In this document: in pieces, positions 10,880 to 21,038 of the stretch
Layout: each line of letters starts with the position of its first letter
Numbering within the stretch: the first letter of the stretch is position 1
Source: Gammaproteobacteria bacterium
Lineage (GTDB): Bacteria; Pseudomonadota; Gammaproteobacteria; G965277405
Assembly: GCA_965277405.1 (NCBI GenBank)
Contig: OZ255726.1
Coordinates: forward strand, 832,001 to 896,000
Length of the DNA stretch: 64,000 bases
Direction: 5' to 3'
Translations under genes and position numbers: made by a program
Notes under the pieces: model-generated
Databases searched by the model: none
Told to the model about the DNA's origin: nothing
The model's input: only the letters and a program-made list of their open reading frames with translations

Positions 10880-10951
10880 GTTGGGTTAGGTTGCTGTTAG
10901 TGACCCATAGGTTTTAATCCTAGGTATAGGGTTGATTGTTAGGAGGTTATT

Positions 10952-11701
10952 ATGAAAAAATTGAAAATTATAATTATATTGTCTATGTTGTTTCCTTTAA
11001 CTGTTGATGGTCGTGAAACTGTTGCTGAGCTTATAAAAAAACATGAGTTAATGCGTGGAGCAACACCAGCAGAAACATTTAAGAACTATCACGGCTTCAC
11101 TGTGCCAACAAAAGATTTTGTTAATAAAATTGATAAATATTGTGACAGTAAAATACCTGAATGTCTTGTAAATGCTAAAAAAAAATTAGCAAAGTATAAA
11201 TTAGAATTTCACGTTGTTAAAAGAACTGATGATGATTATATAGACTTTTTAAAAAACCGTGAAAAGTTTTGTAAAGTAACGGCAAGGGAAATGTGCGTGG
11301 AATCTAGCAACAAAAGATATAATAGTATATTGAGTTCGCAGCGTGTAAAGGCGTCCTTTAAATCATTGCGTGCGGCGTTTAAGCGTCATAAGGAAGCTAT
11401 TAAGAAATTGGGTAGGGCGTCAATCAAGCGGCATTTAACCAATGCTAACGCACGGATGAAACAAAGAATTTCAGAAAATACACCAGCTATGGTACAACGT
11501 GGTATTGCGTTAAACAATAAACTAAATGCTGATGCTCAAAGCGCAGGTATCAATGGTGCGGATATTAGCCAACCAGAAAAATCACAGCAAATGAATGATC
11601 GTATAACTGCTATGGGGCAAAATTTTGTTACTGAATCACATCAGAGGTTGGATAAAGGTCTTGCTGAAAAATTAGAAGCTGTTGATCGTGCTACAGAGTA
11701 A
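10952..11701 (+). CDS. Hypothetical exported protein (signal peptide)
   Basis: AGGAGG RBS; MKKLKIIIILSMLFPLTVDG signal-like N-terminus. Confidence 0.75.
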   Translation: MKKLKIIIILSMLFPLTVDGRETVAELIKKHELMRGATPAETFKNYHGFTVPTKDFVNKIDKYCDSKIPECLVNAKKKLAKYKLEFHVVKRTDDDYIDFLKNREKFCKVTAREMCVESSNKRYNSILSSQRVKASFKSLRAAFKRHKEAIKKLGRASIKRHLTNANARMKQRISENTPAMVQRGIALNNKLNADAQSAGINGADISQPEKSQQMNDRITAMGQNFVTESHQRLDKGLAEKLEAVDRATE

Positions 11702-11814
11702 TTGTTTTCGCTGTATTGGTTTTTAGAACTATATAGTGAGTTTAAGCTGCTTCATGTGAAAAAACGCTTAAAAACAGGAGCGCAGCGACTGCATTTTAGC
11801 AATGCTGCTTCTTT

Positions 11815-12483
11815 TTGCAAAGATTGGAGTATCTTGAGTTGGATAACAAAAATTCCTGCCAAAGAGGCCATTTAGTTAAGGGCTGGCTGGCAGCAATCCC
11901 TCCCGAACGTAAAGATCACTACGGTAAGCATATTCGTCTTGAACCGTTGCGATCCAAGCATTTAGGTTCGCTGTATGCCGCTTTTAATGAGACCCCTGCA
12001 CACGACTGGTATTATATGCCATTCGGTCCTTTTAGGGAATTTCAGGATTTACAGGAGTGGAATTATCCTTATCTATCCAAAAACGACCCTTTATTTTTTG
12101 TTATTTTAAAACAAGGCACTGATGAAATGTTGGGTTTCCTTAGTTATTTAAATATAAGCCCTATGTGCGGCAGCATCGAAATTGGTTTCATACAGTTGTC
12201 TACAAAAATTCAACGTACAACGGCTGCAACAGAGGCTATTTGGCTTCTTATAAAACAGGCTTTTGCACTTGGTTATAGGCGTGTCGCATGGAAATGTGAT
12301 TCTTTAAACGGGCGCTCACGAAAGGCCGCAGTGCGCCTTGGGTTCACATTTGAAGGTGTTTTCAGGCAAGCTTTGGTGGTTAAAGGTCGAAATAGAGATA
12401 CTGCATGGTACTCAATCATTGATATAGAATGGGAAGAATTAAATAATATATTTAACTATTGGTTTGAAAATTCAACTTGTTAG
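11815..12483 (+). CDS. GNAT acetyltransferase, RimJ/RimL family
   Basis: IEIGFI, GYRRVAWKCDSLNGRSRKAAVRLGFTFEGVFRQ, GRNRDTAWYSII. Confidence 0.9.
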   Translation: MQRLEYLELDNKNSCQRGHLVKGWLAAIPPERKDHYGKHIRLEPLRSKHLGSLYAAFNETPAHDWYYMPFGPFREFQDLQEWNYPYLSKNDPLFFVILKQGTDEMLGFLSYLNISPMCGSIEIGFIQLSTKIQRTTAATEAIWLLIKQAFALGYRRVAWKCDSLNGRSRKAAVRLGFTFEGVFRQALVVKGRNRDTAWYSIIDIEWEELNNIFNYWFENSTC

Positions 12484-12587
12484 GAGAAATATATACCACT
12501 CTCTAAGTTAATAAAAAATAGCAACGAGTTGATCGCATAATAATTAAAACTCTACCAGCACCAGCACCAGCACCAGCATCGTGCGGC

Positions 12588-13054
12588 ATGCATCGTCTGA
12601 TTCATCCATGGAGCAAAAATGGCTGTGTTCGAACTGCGAATAAGGCGCTTTCCACTCTCTCACTCTGGCGGGATATTTTGCATGATATTGGTTCTGATAG
12701 TTTTGCACAAACCGGTGTTTTTGCTCTGGATAATGCGGATGTCAGTTACCAATCTGTCCAAGGTATTGATAACAGATTGTTATCTGCAACAACTGTTGGA
12801 GAATTGATGCCTTTGCTAGCAGGTGTTAATTGCGGTTATGCACACCATTTTCCCCAGTTTGGTGTTTTATTTGCGGATAAAATATTGACTGACCTTGTTC
12901 AATATCTTCGCAACAATGGCGTACAGTTGTACGAAGGGAGTGCTGTAGTGTCGATTGACGCGCAAAGGGCTGAAGTCTACTTTTCTGATGGAAAAATTGT
13001 AGCTGGGGACAACATTATCATTGCAGCGGGATACGGAGCGGATGCTATCGTTAG
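12588..13054 (+). pseudogene. FAD-dependent oxidoreductase (DAO/sarcosine oxidase-like) internal fragment, cut by IS5
   Basis: HRLIHPW, GVLFADKIL, DNIIIAAGYG; lacks the N-terminal GxGxxG; IS IR begins at 13055. Confidence 0.7.
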
Positions 13055-14302
13055 GGGAGATCTGATTAAGTCCCAAACAACAGCAATATCAGCTAGGAAG
13101 ATATACAATGGTGAATCTATTTGAATATTTGAATAAGCGGATAATCTTATGCAACAAACAACTTCTGCCGGTGCTGCATACGACCACAAGAAAGTAACAA
13201 CGAAACGTGAGAAATTCTTGCAGTTGATGGACAAATTAGCTCCATGGCAACAGTTGTTAGAGTTAATAGAACCGCATTATCCCAAGAAAGGGAATGGCCG
13301 CCCACCGATTAATATGCAGACCATGTTACGCATGTATTTTTTAAAGCAATGGTACAACTTATCAAACCCAGGGGTAGCAGAAGCACTATATGACATGGAA
13401 AGCATGCGGCGTTTTGCCCATATAGAGCTGATAGACGATGCCATCCCTGATGAAACTACCATCTTGAACTGGCCCGCAGGATCATACAAAAACATCAACT
13501 CAGCGTCAAGATACTTGCTGTGGTGAATGAGTATTGTATGGAAAATAATATAACAATCTCACCAGGGACGATGGTTGATGCCACGATCATCCATGCACCA
13601 TCATCTACGAAGAATAAAGAGAAAGCCCGTGATCCTGAAATGCAGCAAACAAGGAAAGGCAAGCAGTGGTATTTTGGCATGAAGATTCATATAGGAACTG
13701 ACGCTAATAGCAATATGATTCATAGCGCGGCAATGCCTACCACCACAGCCGCGGCCCACCACCACAGCCGCGAATGAAGCTGACATCAATGAACTCCCCA
13801 AATTGCTGCGTGAAACAGATAAGGTTATCTTTGCCGATGCAGGATATACGAGCGACAGTTATAAACGCGGCTCGCGTCACCTTGGGATAGATTGGCGCAT
13901 GAATGATAAACGTAAACCAAAGCAGCAAATGAGCGGCTCGCAGCGCCAACGCAATACACAGAATTCTAAGGTGCGCGCCCGGATTGAGCACTGTTTTCGG
14001 GTAATCAAATGTCAGTTTGGTTATAAGAAAGCTCGCTACAAAGGACTAGAAAAGAACCGAGTACAAGTATTTTCTTTGCTTGCATTGACGAACTTATACA
14101 TGCTGCGCGGACGACTAACAGGATAGAACCGCCCAAAATTCAAGAAAAACAGTAAAAAACAATAAAAACAGTAAAAAACAGTAAAACAGCAACACGAAGA
14201 TCAGCGAAATGATCAAATATTGACCATTGAAAATTATTGCTATTACTTTTTTGGAGTATATACGAGTTATTGGAGTATATGCGAGTCTTAATCAGAGCTT
14301 CC
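13055..14302 (+). mobile_element. IS5-family element, copy 1; transposase frameshifted (13149-14126)
   Basis: IRs GGGAGATCTGATTAAGTC / GTCTTAATCAGAGCTTCC; motifs [30 protein letters not shown]; flanks TTAG/CTAG. Confidence 0.95.
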
Positions 14303-14324
14303 CTAGGCAATACGACAACATGAT

Positions 14325-15212
14325 TCATGCGCCGTCGAACATCTTGATGATGGCCGAGAAATCCTTGCCGCCATTGCCTCCGCCTGCGTACAGAGCATAC
14401 AGACTTTCGGCCAATGCCCCCATTGGAGTGGCAGCCCCAGCTGCGGCTGCAGCCTGTTGGGCGAGCTTTAGATCCTTCAGCATCATGTCTACGGCAAACC
14501 CTGGTTGATAGTCGTGATTGGCAGGTGACGTCGGTACTGGACCTGGAACTGGGCAATAGCTAGTCAACGACCAGCATTGTCCAGATGCCTGCGACGAGAT
14601 GTCAAACAGCTTCTGCGCATCCAGCCCAAGGCGCTTTGCCAGCATGAAGGACTCAGCAACAGCAATCATGTTAATACCCAGCACCATATTGTTGCAAATC
14701 TTCGCTGCCTGCCCAGCACCATTGTCGCCGGCATGGATGATGTTACTCCCCATTTTCTTAAGGATCGGTTGGGCATGGGCAAAATTAACTGCGCTACCGC
14801 CGACCATAAAGGTCAGCGTAGCAGCTACTGCCCCGGCTACGCCGCCGGAGACAGGAGCATCTACAGCGTCAATACCTTTTGCACGTGCAAGATCGGCGAC
14901 TTTCCGCGCAGTGTCGACCTCAATGGTGGAGCTGTCGATCAAAAGGGTGCCGGCTGCGACATGTTCCAAGACCCCATCTGTGCCATTATACACCGACAGC
15001 ACATGCTTGCCTGCAGGCAATACGGTAACAACGAATTCGACATCCTGTGCCGCATCGCCAACAGATTCTGCAGCCTTTGCACCTGCTTTGACCGCCGTAT
15101 CGACAGCAGTCGTAGACAGATCGAATACTTTCAGCTCATGCTTGGCTTGTAACAGATTGTTAGCCATTGGCCCGCCCATATTCCCAAGACCGATAAAACC
15201 TATTTTTGCCAT
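14325..15212 (-). CDS. mmsB: 3-hydroxyisobutyrate dehydrogenase
   Basis: MAKIGFIGLGNMGGPMA, DAPVSGG, AKICNNM, CWSLTSYCPVPG; AAGGAGG RBS before ATG 15212. Confidence 0.93.
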   Translation of the reverse strand: MAKIGFIGLGNMGGPMANNLLQAKHELKVFDLSTTAVDTAVKAGAKAAESVGDAAQDVEFVVTVLPAGKHVLSVYNGTDGVLEHVAAGTLLIDSSTIEVDTARKVADLARAKGIDAVDAPVSGGVAGAVAATLTFMVGGSAVNFAHAQPILKKMGSNIIHAGDNGAGQAAKICNNMVLGINMIAVAESFMLAKRLGLDAQKLFDISSQASGQCWSLTSYCPVPGPVPTSPANHDYQPGFAVDMMLKDLKLAQQAAAAAGAATPMGALAESLYALYAGGGNGGKDFSAIIKMFDGA

Positions 15213-15341
15213 GGTGACTCCTCCTTTAATTATTTGCTTGCCGAATTTACTGTCTGTAGGTGTTGTTTCCAGCATATTACTGTTTCATTGTAGTCCTGCA
15301 ACGTAAGTTGGCAACATGCTAGCTTTCATGCCCTTGCTGAG

Positions 15342-15636
15342 GGAAGCTCCGATTAAGTCCATGACAGGCGAGACGGAGCAAAAACGCTGATGGCTGATGA
15401 TTGCAAGACGCAGTGCGCAGATAATACTGGTGGTCTTGTGGGTATTGCCAAGTGCTGCAACGACGTAGTACCGCTTTTTTCCCGTCATCTATTGAATATA
15501 TGATGGTTTGCGGCAGCGGTACTTGCTGTGTTGCATCCCTTGGCGTATAGCTGAGCATGCGCTCAGCAGTTTGCGCCTTGCAATCATCAGCAATTACAGG
15601 CAAACTCGCTCCATCAGCGAGTTAATCAGAGTTTCC
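15342..15636 (-). mobile_element. IS5-related MITE, copy 2
   Basis: Reverse-complement homolog of 3789-4073 with both IRs; flanks TGAG/TTAG. Confidence 0.9.
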
Positions 15637-15649
15637 TTAGCATTTACAC

Positions 15650-16099
15650 TTAGCGCTTATTTTTCCCATCATGGATTTTATGATTTTTATCGAGGATCAG
15701 CACGTAAATCATACTTTCATCAAAAAAACCATGAACGCGTAGAGTATCATTAAGTTGAAAGCTATAAAAACCTTCATCCTCTGAGGCAAGCGTTTCGCCA
15801 TCCATGGGTGGTCTTTGCTTTATCAATACACCTGGGACTTTTCCCTGATGCTTATGGCAATTACCAGAGTTTCGATATCCAGTTACTTCTTGGTTAGATG
15901 CTGTTCTTAACCACTTTACAAAGCACTTAGTTGATTTTTTATCCCATGCAGAAAGACACTCATGTTTTTCATCAAAATATCTAAAGGAGAATTCGCATTT
16001 TTTTTGCTTAACTTGAACTTGCTTCGTATCAAGATGATGCGTTGCTATGCTTTGTTCTGGGACACTAAACTGTTTGATTTCTTTGGAGTTCTTTTCCAT
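15650..16099 (-). CDS. Putative toxin (RelE-like / MAG6450-like) downstream of Panacea antitoxin
   Basis: FSFRYFD...YSFQLNDTLRVHGFFDESMIYVLILDKNHKIH pattern; overlaps the antitoxin 3' end. Confidence 0.55.
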   Translation of the reverse strand: MEKNSKEIKQFSVPEQSIATHHLDTKQVQVKQKKCEFSFRYFDEKHECLSAWDKKSTKCFVKWLRTASNQEVTGYRNSGNCHKHQGKVPGVLIKQRPPMDGETLASEDEGFYSFQLNDTLRVHGFFDESMIYVLILDKNHKIHDGKNKR

Positions 16100-16544
16100 A
16101 AAACATTTGCATAGATTCTTTAGAAATAACTTCGTTACACCTATCGTGCGGTAATAAATTTCCGCGAGCTGTTTGCCATGGATGTTCTATATGAGTTTTT
16201 TTTTCAAGGGCTTTAGCAGAAAATTGCCCGTACTCTTTATCAACCAAAGACAAAAAGCCCTTAATCTCTCCAGAGTTTATAGCTGGTGCATTATCAATTT
16301 TGGCAAGATGTTGCGACCAGTTTATACCTTTAAAGTGATGATACGCAGCTGTGCATACTGGACCATGAGCCCACGCCTCAAATTCTTCATCAATGAGCGG
16401 CTCATCAGTATTTGCCAAATGCCATGCTTGCGCATAATACATGAGCTTATGCAGCTTTAAGTGCGTAACGACATCGCCTGAATCTACATCACAACTCTCA
16501 ATAAACCAATTTGCTAAGGATTGCCAAGTTATATATTTGCACAT
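16065..16544 (-). CDS. Panacea-domain (DUF4065, SocA/GepA-like) antitoxin
   Basis: THLKLHKLMYYAQAWHL, FEAWAHGPV, LEKKTHIEHPW signature. Confidence 0.9.
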   Translation of the reverse strand: MCKYITWQSLANWFIESCDVDSGDVVTHLKLHKLMYYAQAWHLANTDEPLIDEEFEAWAHGPVCTAAYHHFKGINWSQHLAKIDNAPAINSGEIKGFLSLVDKEYGQFSAKALEKKTHIEHPWQTARGNLLPHDRCNEVISKESMQMFYGKELQRNQTV

Positions 16545-16639
16545 AATTACTCTCCGATTTTATCCCAATGTGCATAGGGCATGCCTATGCTTTTTTGCAG
16601 AATATCCATAATTTCATACAAAAGCAAAACAAAATGTAA

Positions 16640-16933
16640 GGAACATCCGATTAAGTCGTTGATGAGCGAGACGGAGAAAAAACGCTGATGGCTGATGATT
16701 CCAAGACGCAGTGCGTAGATAATACTGGTGGTCGTGGGTATTGCCAAGTGCTGCAACGACGTAGTATCGCTTTTTCCCAGTCCTCTATTGAAGATATGAT
16801 GGTTTGCTGCAGCTCAGCTTGCTGTGTTGCACCCCTTGGCGTATAGCTAGGTCATGCGCGCAGCGGTTTGCGCCTTGAAATTATCAGCAATTGCCAGCAA
16901 ACTCGCTCCATCAGCGAGTTAATCAGAGCTACC
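16640..16933 (-). mobile_element. IS5-related MITE, copy 3 (degenerate IRs)
   Basis: Homologous to copy 2 along its full length. Confidence 0.88.
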
Positions 16934-17026
16934 CTTTGTGTTGGTTTAACCAAATGCAAAGATATAATTTACTAAAACCGTTTTTTTGTTTACCTTATGC
17001 AAAAGTTTAAATTGACAACCTAAACA

Positions 17027-18253
17027 ATGACCAAAATCGACAAATACATAATGCCCGCAGAATTTGAACAGCAAGCGGCGGTTTGGATGGGGTGGCCAAC
17101 CTTCCAATGGTATTCAGGATCAGATATGGACACAAGAATACCACTGGCCAATATTATTCAAATCCTTGCGGATGCTGGCGTAGTCGTGCGGATCATGTGC
17201 ACAGACAAAGCAGGTGAAGACGCCGTGAGGAACTGGTTCTCCGTGCATGGATACCTGATGTCAGCTCATATTGAGTTCGTTCATATCCCGCAAATTGATA
17301 TTTGGCAAAGGGACTTCGGTCCCATATTCCTGCGCAATGGCAGTGGTGAGTTGGGAATGGCTAGTTTTTTGCAAAACCAATGGGGATACTCGCAGACGAC
17401 TAATCCAACATCAGCAGCTATGGCAAAAGTTCCGCAGCTAGTGGCGCAACATCTCAAGATTAACCTCAATATCAATGCTGCCATCGTCAGTGAGGGAGGC
17501 AACCGTATTATCAATGGACGCGGTGTGCTGCTTGTCGGTCGTGCTGTTGAGTTGCAACGCAATCCCACAGCTACCCACAGCCAAATGGAAACAGCGTACC
17601 AACAAGCGCTGGGAGTAACCAAGATCATATGGTTGGATCATGGCGTTTACGAAGATCTACATTCGGACTGGGGTCCGATACCTTATAGCAGCAAAGATGG
17701 AAACTGTATTTTTCTATATGGCCCGCAAACAACTGGAGGACACTTGGATGAATTTGTGCGTTTCGCTGGACCAAATACAATTATATTAGCTGGTGTCACC
17801 GAGGAGGAAGCAGCAACAAATCCGCTAGCAGCAGTCAATTACGCCAGGCTCGAAGGTGCATACCGCATTCTTGCCACTGCCAAGGACCAAAGTGGCAAGC
17901 CGTTTGAAATTATCCGCCTGCCAGTCCCAGATATCGAATATCAGCAAATCGAGCCAGGCGAACGGATGTATGATTGGCTAGCCGCACTGAGATATCCGCC
18001 AAACGTGCCTCCCTTCCCCAAGGGACATTCGATTTACGTCGTCAAACCCTCCAGTTATGCCAACTATTTTGTTGCCAATACAGTTGTTGTTGCGCCAGCG
18101 TATAATAATCCGCAGAAGGACGAAGAGGCGGCTGGCGTACTCGCTGCGGCCTACAACGGCCGTAAGGTAAGGCAGATAGACCCAACTGCCCTCAACTACG
18201 CTGGAGGCGGGATACATTGCTGCACCCAGCAGCAACCCGCTGGCAATCCATGA
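17027..18253 (+). CDS. aguA: Agmatine deiminase family protein
   Basis: MPAEFE, DIWQRDFGP, SEGGN, GHLD, SYANY, GGGIHCCTQQQP catalytic Cys motif. Confidence 0.9.
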   Translation: MTKIDKYIMPAEFEQQAAVWMGWPTFQWYSGSDMDTRIPLANIIQILADAGVVVRIMCTDKAGEDAVRNWFSVHGYLMSAHIEFVHIPQIDIWQRDFGPIFLRNGSGELGMASFLQNQWGYSQTTNPTSAAMAKVPQLVAQHLKINLNINAAIVSEGGNRIINGRGVLLVGRAVELQRNPTATHSQMETAYQQALGVTKIIWLDHGVYEDLHSDWGPIPYSSKDGNCIFLYGPQTTGGHLDEFVRFAGPNTIILAGVTEEEAATNPLAAVNYARLEGAYRILATAKDQSGKPFEIIRLPVPDIEYQQIEPGERMYDWLAALRYPPNVPPFPKGHSIYVVKPSSYANYFVANTVVVAPAYNNPQKDEEAAGVLAAAYNGRKVRQIDPTALNYAGGGIHCCTQQQPAGNP

Positions 18254-18289
18254 AGATGCCTAGTTATATTTACACTCTTGGAACTCTAA

Positions 18290-18600
18290 GGAAGCTCTGA
18301 TTAAGTCGCTGATGGAGCGAGTTTGCCTGCAATTGCTGATGATTACACGCAGCATTCCTTGGCGCAAGGCATAGCATATGCACCACGGAATGCAACACAG
18401 CGAGTACCGCAGCCGCAGACCATCATATAATATTGAACAGAGGTCGGGGAACAGATGTCGGGCAAAACGCTGCGCTAACGCTGTTGCCGCACTTATAATA
18501 GCCACTATAAATACCCACCAGTGTTATCATCGCACTGCGCATAAGTTATCATCAGCATTATTGCTCCGTCTCGCCCATCATGGAATTATTTAGAAATTCC
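18290..18600 (+). mobile_element. IS5-related MITE, copy 4
   Basis: Left IR perfect after CTAA; right IR degenerate (GGAATTATTTAGAAATTCC). Confidence 0.88.
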
Positions 18601-18644
18601 TTGACAATTGATTTACCATTTTTATTTAAGCATAGGATGATACA

Positions 18645-19376
18645 ATGACAAACGAAAACATTAAGGTTCAAACTAACGCTGGTGTTATCGACACAGGTGT
18701 TGTCGGCACTCGTTATCCCGTAACTGGATTTTTTACGTCTGGCGCCGGAGCAAGTGATAAAGGATGGGCGCCACAGCCTTACGAAACATTTTCCTACGAT
18801 CTGGCCTTAAAAGCCGCGATGATTGAAAACTTCAACATCGTGCCGTATACGTCTGTGCTTCCTCCAGAGTTGGAGATAATACCTGTCGCAGCGGCGAAGA
18901 AATATTTTCACCACGGGGCGGTGCTTGAGATCATCTATGCGATGATCGGTATCACCTATTCAACCAGTCCCAAAAAAAGCAATATTGGCATCCATACCCA
19001 TGGTCACAACTATGATTTAGATTCCAACGAAACCGTTATGGCCGCAGCGACCTGCATAGGTATATTGCAAAATGTCCTCGATCCAGCTGGTCAGAATGTT
19101 GGCGGCTACGTTGCGGAATATACAGGAGTCTTCGACAAGCACGTTGGACTTGCTGCAGCCCAGCAGCAAGCAGACGATCAGTTGAATCAGTCACTGGACC
19201 ACATCCTGCAAATTCGCGGATTTCAAGGTGGAATTCGCAGCATTCGACCAGTCAGCTACGTTGAAGTCTCAGAACAGCAACGTTTTGGCTCGACATTGAA
19301 CGGAATGGGTTTTATCAATTTTAAGCACGCGACACCATATCCGTCTATAGCTACCGCCAGCAGCAGCCTTAGCTAA
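18645..19376 (+). CDS. Pyruvoyl-dependent arginine decarboxylase (PdaD/AaxB-like)
   Basis: SYDLALKAAMIENFNIVPYTSVLPPE self-cleavage motif, HGAVLE, GGYVAEY. Confidence 0.82.
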   Translation: MTNENIKVQTNAGVIDTGVVGTRYPVTGFFTSGAGASDKGWAPQPYETFSYDLALKAAMIENFNIVPYTSVLPPELEIIPVAAAKKYFHHGAVLEIIYAMIGITYSTSPKKSNIGIHTHGHNYDLDSNETVMAAATCIGILQNVLDPAGQNVGGYVAEYTGVFDKHVGLAAAQQQADDQLNQSLDHILQIRGFQGGIRSIRPVSYVEVSEQQRFGSTLNGMGFINFKHATPYPSIATASSSLS

Positions 19377-19544
19377 CGCGGTATTGCAGCAGGGTATGGC
19401 GCAGTCTGCTCCATACCCTCACTGGCTTTTTTTCAATCGGTCTAGATAGCGCCGTCCCCGCCCTGTCCATCTTGAGTGCACACCTGTGCAACTTACCAAC
19501 TTGATCTTGCTGGCGGATTAGCTGCAACAATGCTCTTGCGCTAA

Positions 19545-20805
19545 GGAAGTTCTGATTAAGTCGCTCATATACTCCAATAACTCTCATATACTCTAAGAAA
19601 GTAATAGCAATAATTTTCAATGGTCAATATTTGATCATTTCGCTGATCTTCGTGTTGCTGTTTTACTGTTTTTTACTGTTTTTATTGTTTTTTACTGTTT
19701 TTCTTGAATTTTGGGCGGTTCTATCCTGTTAGTCGTCCTCGCAGCATGTATAAGTTCGTCAATGCCAGCAAAGAAAATACTTGTACTCGGTTCTTTTCTA
19801 GTCCTTTGTAGCGAGCTTTCTTATAACCAAACTGACATTTGATTACCCGAAAACAGTGCTCAATCCGGGCGCGCACCTTAGAGTTCTGTCTATTGCGTTT
19901 GCGCTGCGAGGTGCTCATTTGCTGCTTTGGTTTACGTTTATCGTTCACGCGCCAATGTATCCCAAGGTGACGCGAGCCGCGTTTATAACTGTCGCTCGTA
20001 TATCCTGCATCGGCAAAGATAACCTTATCTGTTTCACGCAGCAATTTGGGGAGTTCATTGATGTCCGCTTCATTCGCGGCTATCGTGGTGGTGGGCCGCG
20101 GCTGTGGTGGTAGGCATTGCCGCGCTATGAATCATATTGCTATTAGCGTCAGTTCCTATATGAATCTTCATGCCAAAATACCACTGATTGCCTTTGCGGG
20201 TTTGATGCATTTCAGGATCCCGTTTTTTCTCTTTATTCTTCGTAGATGATGGTGCATGGGTGATCGTGGCAGCAACCATTGTCCCTGGTGAGATTATTAT
20301 ATTATTTTCCATACAATACTCATTCACCACAGCAAGTATCTTGACGCTGAGTTGATGCTTTTCTATGATCCTGCGGGACCAGTTCAAGATGGTGGTTGCA
20401 GCAGGGATGGCATCGTCTATCAGCTCTATATGGGCAAAACGCCGCATGCTTTCCATGTCATATAGTGCTTCTGCTACGCCTGGGTCTGATAAGTTGTACC
20501 ATTGCTGTAAAAAATAAATGCGTAACATGGTCTGCATATTAATCGGTGGGCGGCCATTCCCTTTCTTGGGATAATGCGGTTCTATTAACTCTAACAACTG
20601 TTGCCATGGAGCTAATTTGTCCATTAACTGCAAGAATTTTTTTTGGTTTCGTTGTTACTTTCTTGTGGTCGTATGCAGCACTGGCAAAAGTTGTTTGTTT
20701 CATAAGATTATCCGCTTATTCAAATATTCAAATATTCAAATAGATTCACCATTGTATATCTTTGTAGCTGATATTGCTGTTGTTTGGGACTTAATCAGAG
20801 ATTCC
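19545..20805 (-). mobile_element. IS5-family element, copy 2; transposase frameshifted
   Basis: Same IRs as copy 1; CTAA duplicated at 19541-19544 and 20806-20809. Confidence 0.95.
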
Positions 20806-20834
20806 CTAAACAACCTCCGTAGCATTTACACCTA

Positions 20835-21038
20835 GTGATCTGCCATAAATGCGGTTCTTCCGCAATCCGCATTTATGGAACTCGACCAAATGAAGCATTT
20901 GTGGAGCGGTGGCGCAAATGCTTAAGCTGTGATCATCGCTGGAAAACAGCGGAAGAAACCCATGGTGATGTAAAACGTTATACGTGTAAATCTCAATCCA
21001 CGCGGCCAACGCAGCAAGGATTATTTGATGCCAAGTGA
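20835..21038 (+). CDS. Small zinc-ribbon protein (NrdR N-terminal / Ogr-Delta-like), phage-associated
   Basis: CHKC...RWRKCLSC...WKTAE; duplicated at 40373-40576. Confidence 0.65.
   Translation: MICHKCGSSAIRIYGTRPNEAFVERWRKCLSCDHRWKTAEETHGDVKRYTCKSQSTRPTQQGLFDAK

Noticed and set aside
12554-12577. (ACCAGC)x4 microsatellite
   Set aside because: Lies at the broken 5' edge of a pseudogene; no function can be supported
14577-15306. Long antisense ORFs over mmsB (and similar ones over tldD, exbB, hom, cof and hydrolase genes)
   Set aside because: Shadows of well-supported genes on the opposite strand
15319-15753. Short ORFs inside MITEs (also 3702-3920, 18260-18593, 32267-32701, 35667-35858)
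   Set aside because: Frames and lengths are not conserved between copies
13055-20805. Classical integron
   Set aside because: No tyrosine integrase and no attC-like ends; the separators carry IS5-type IRs
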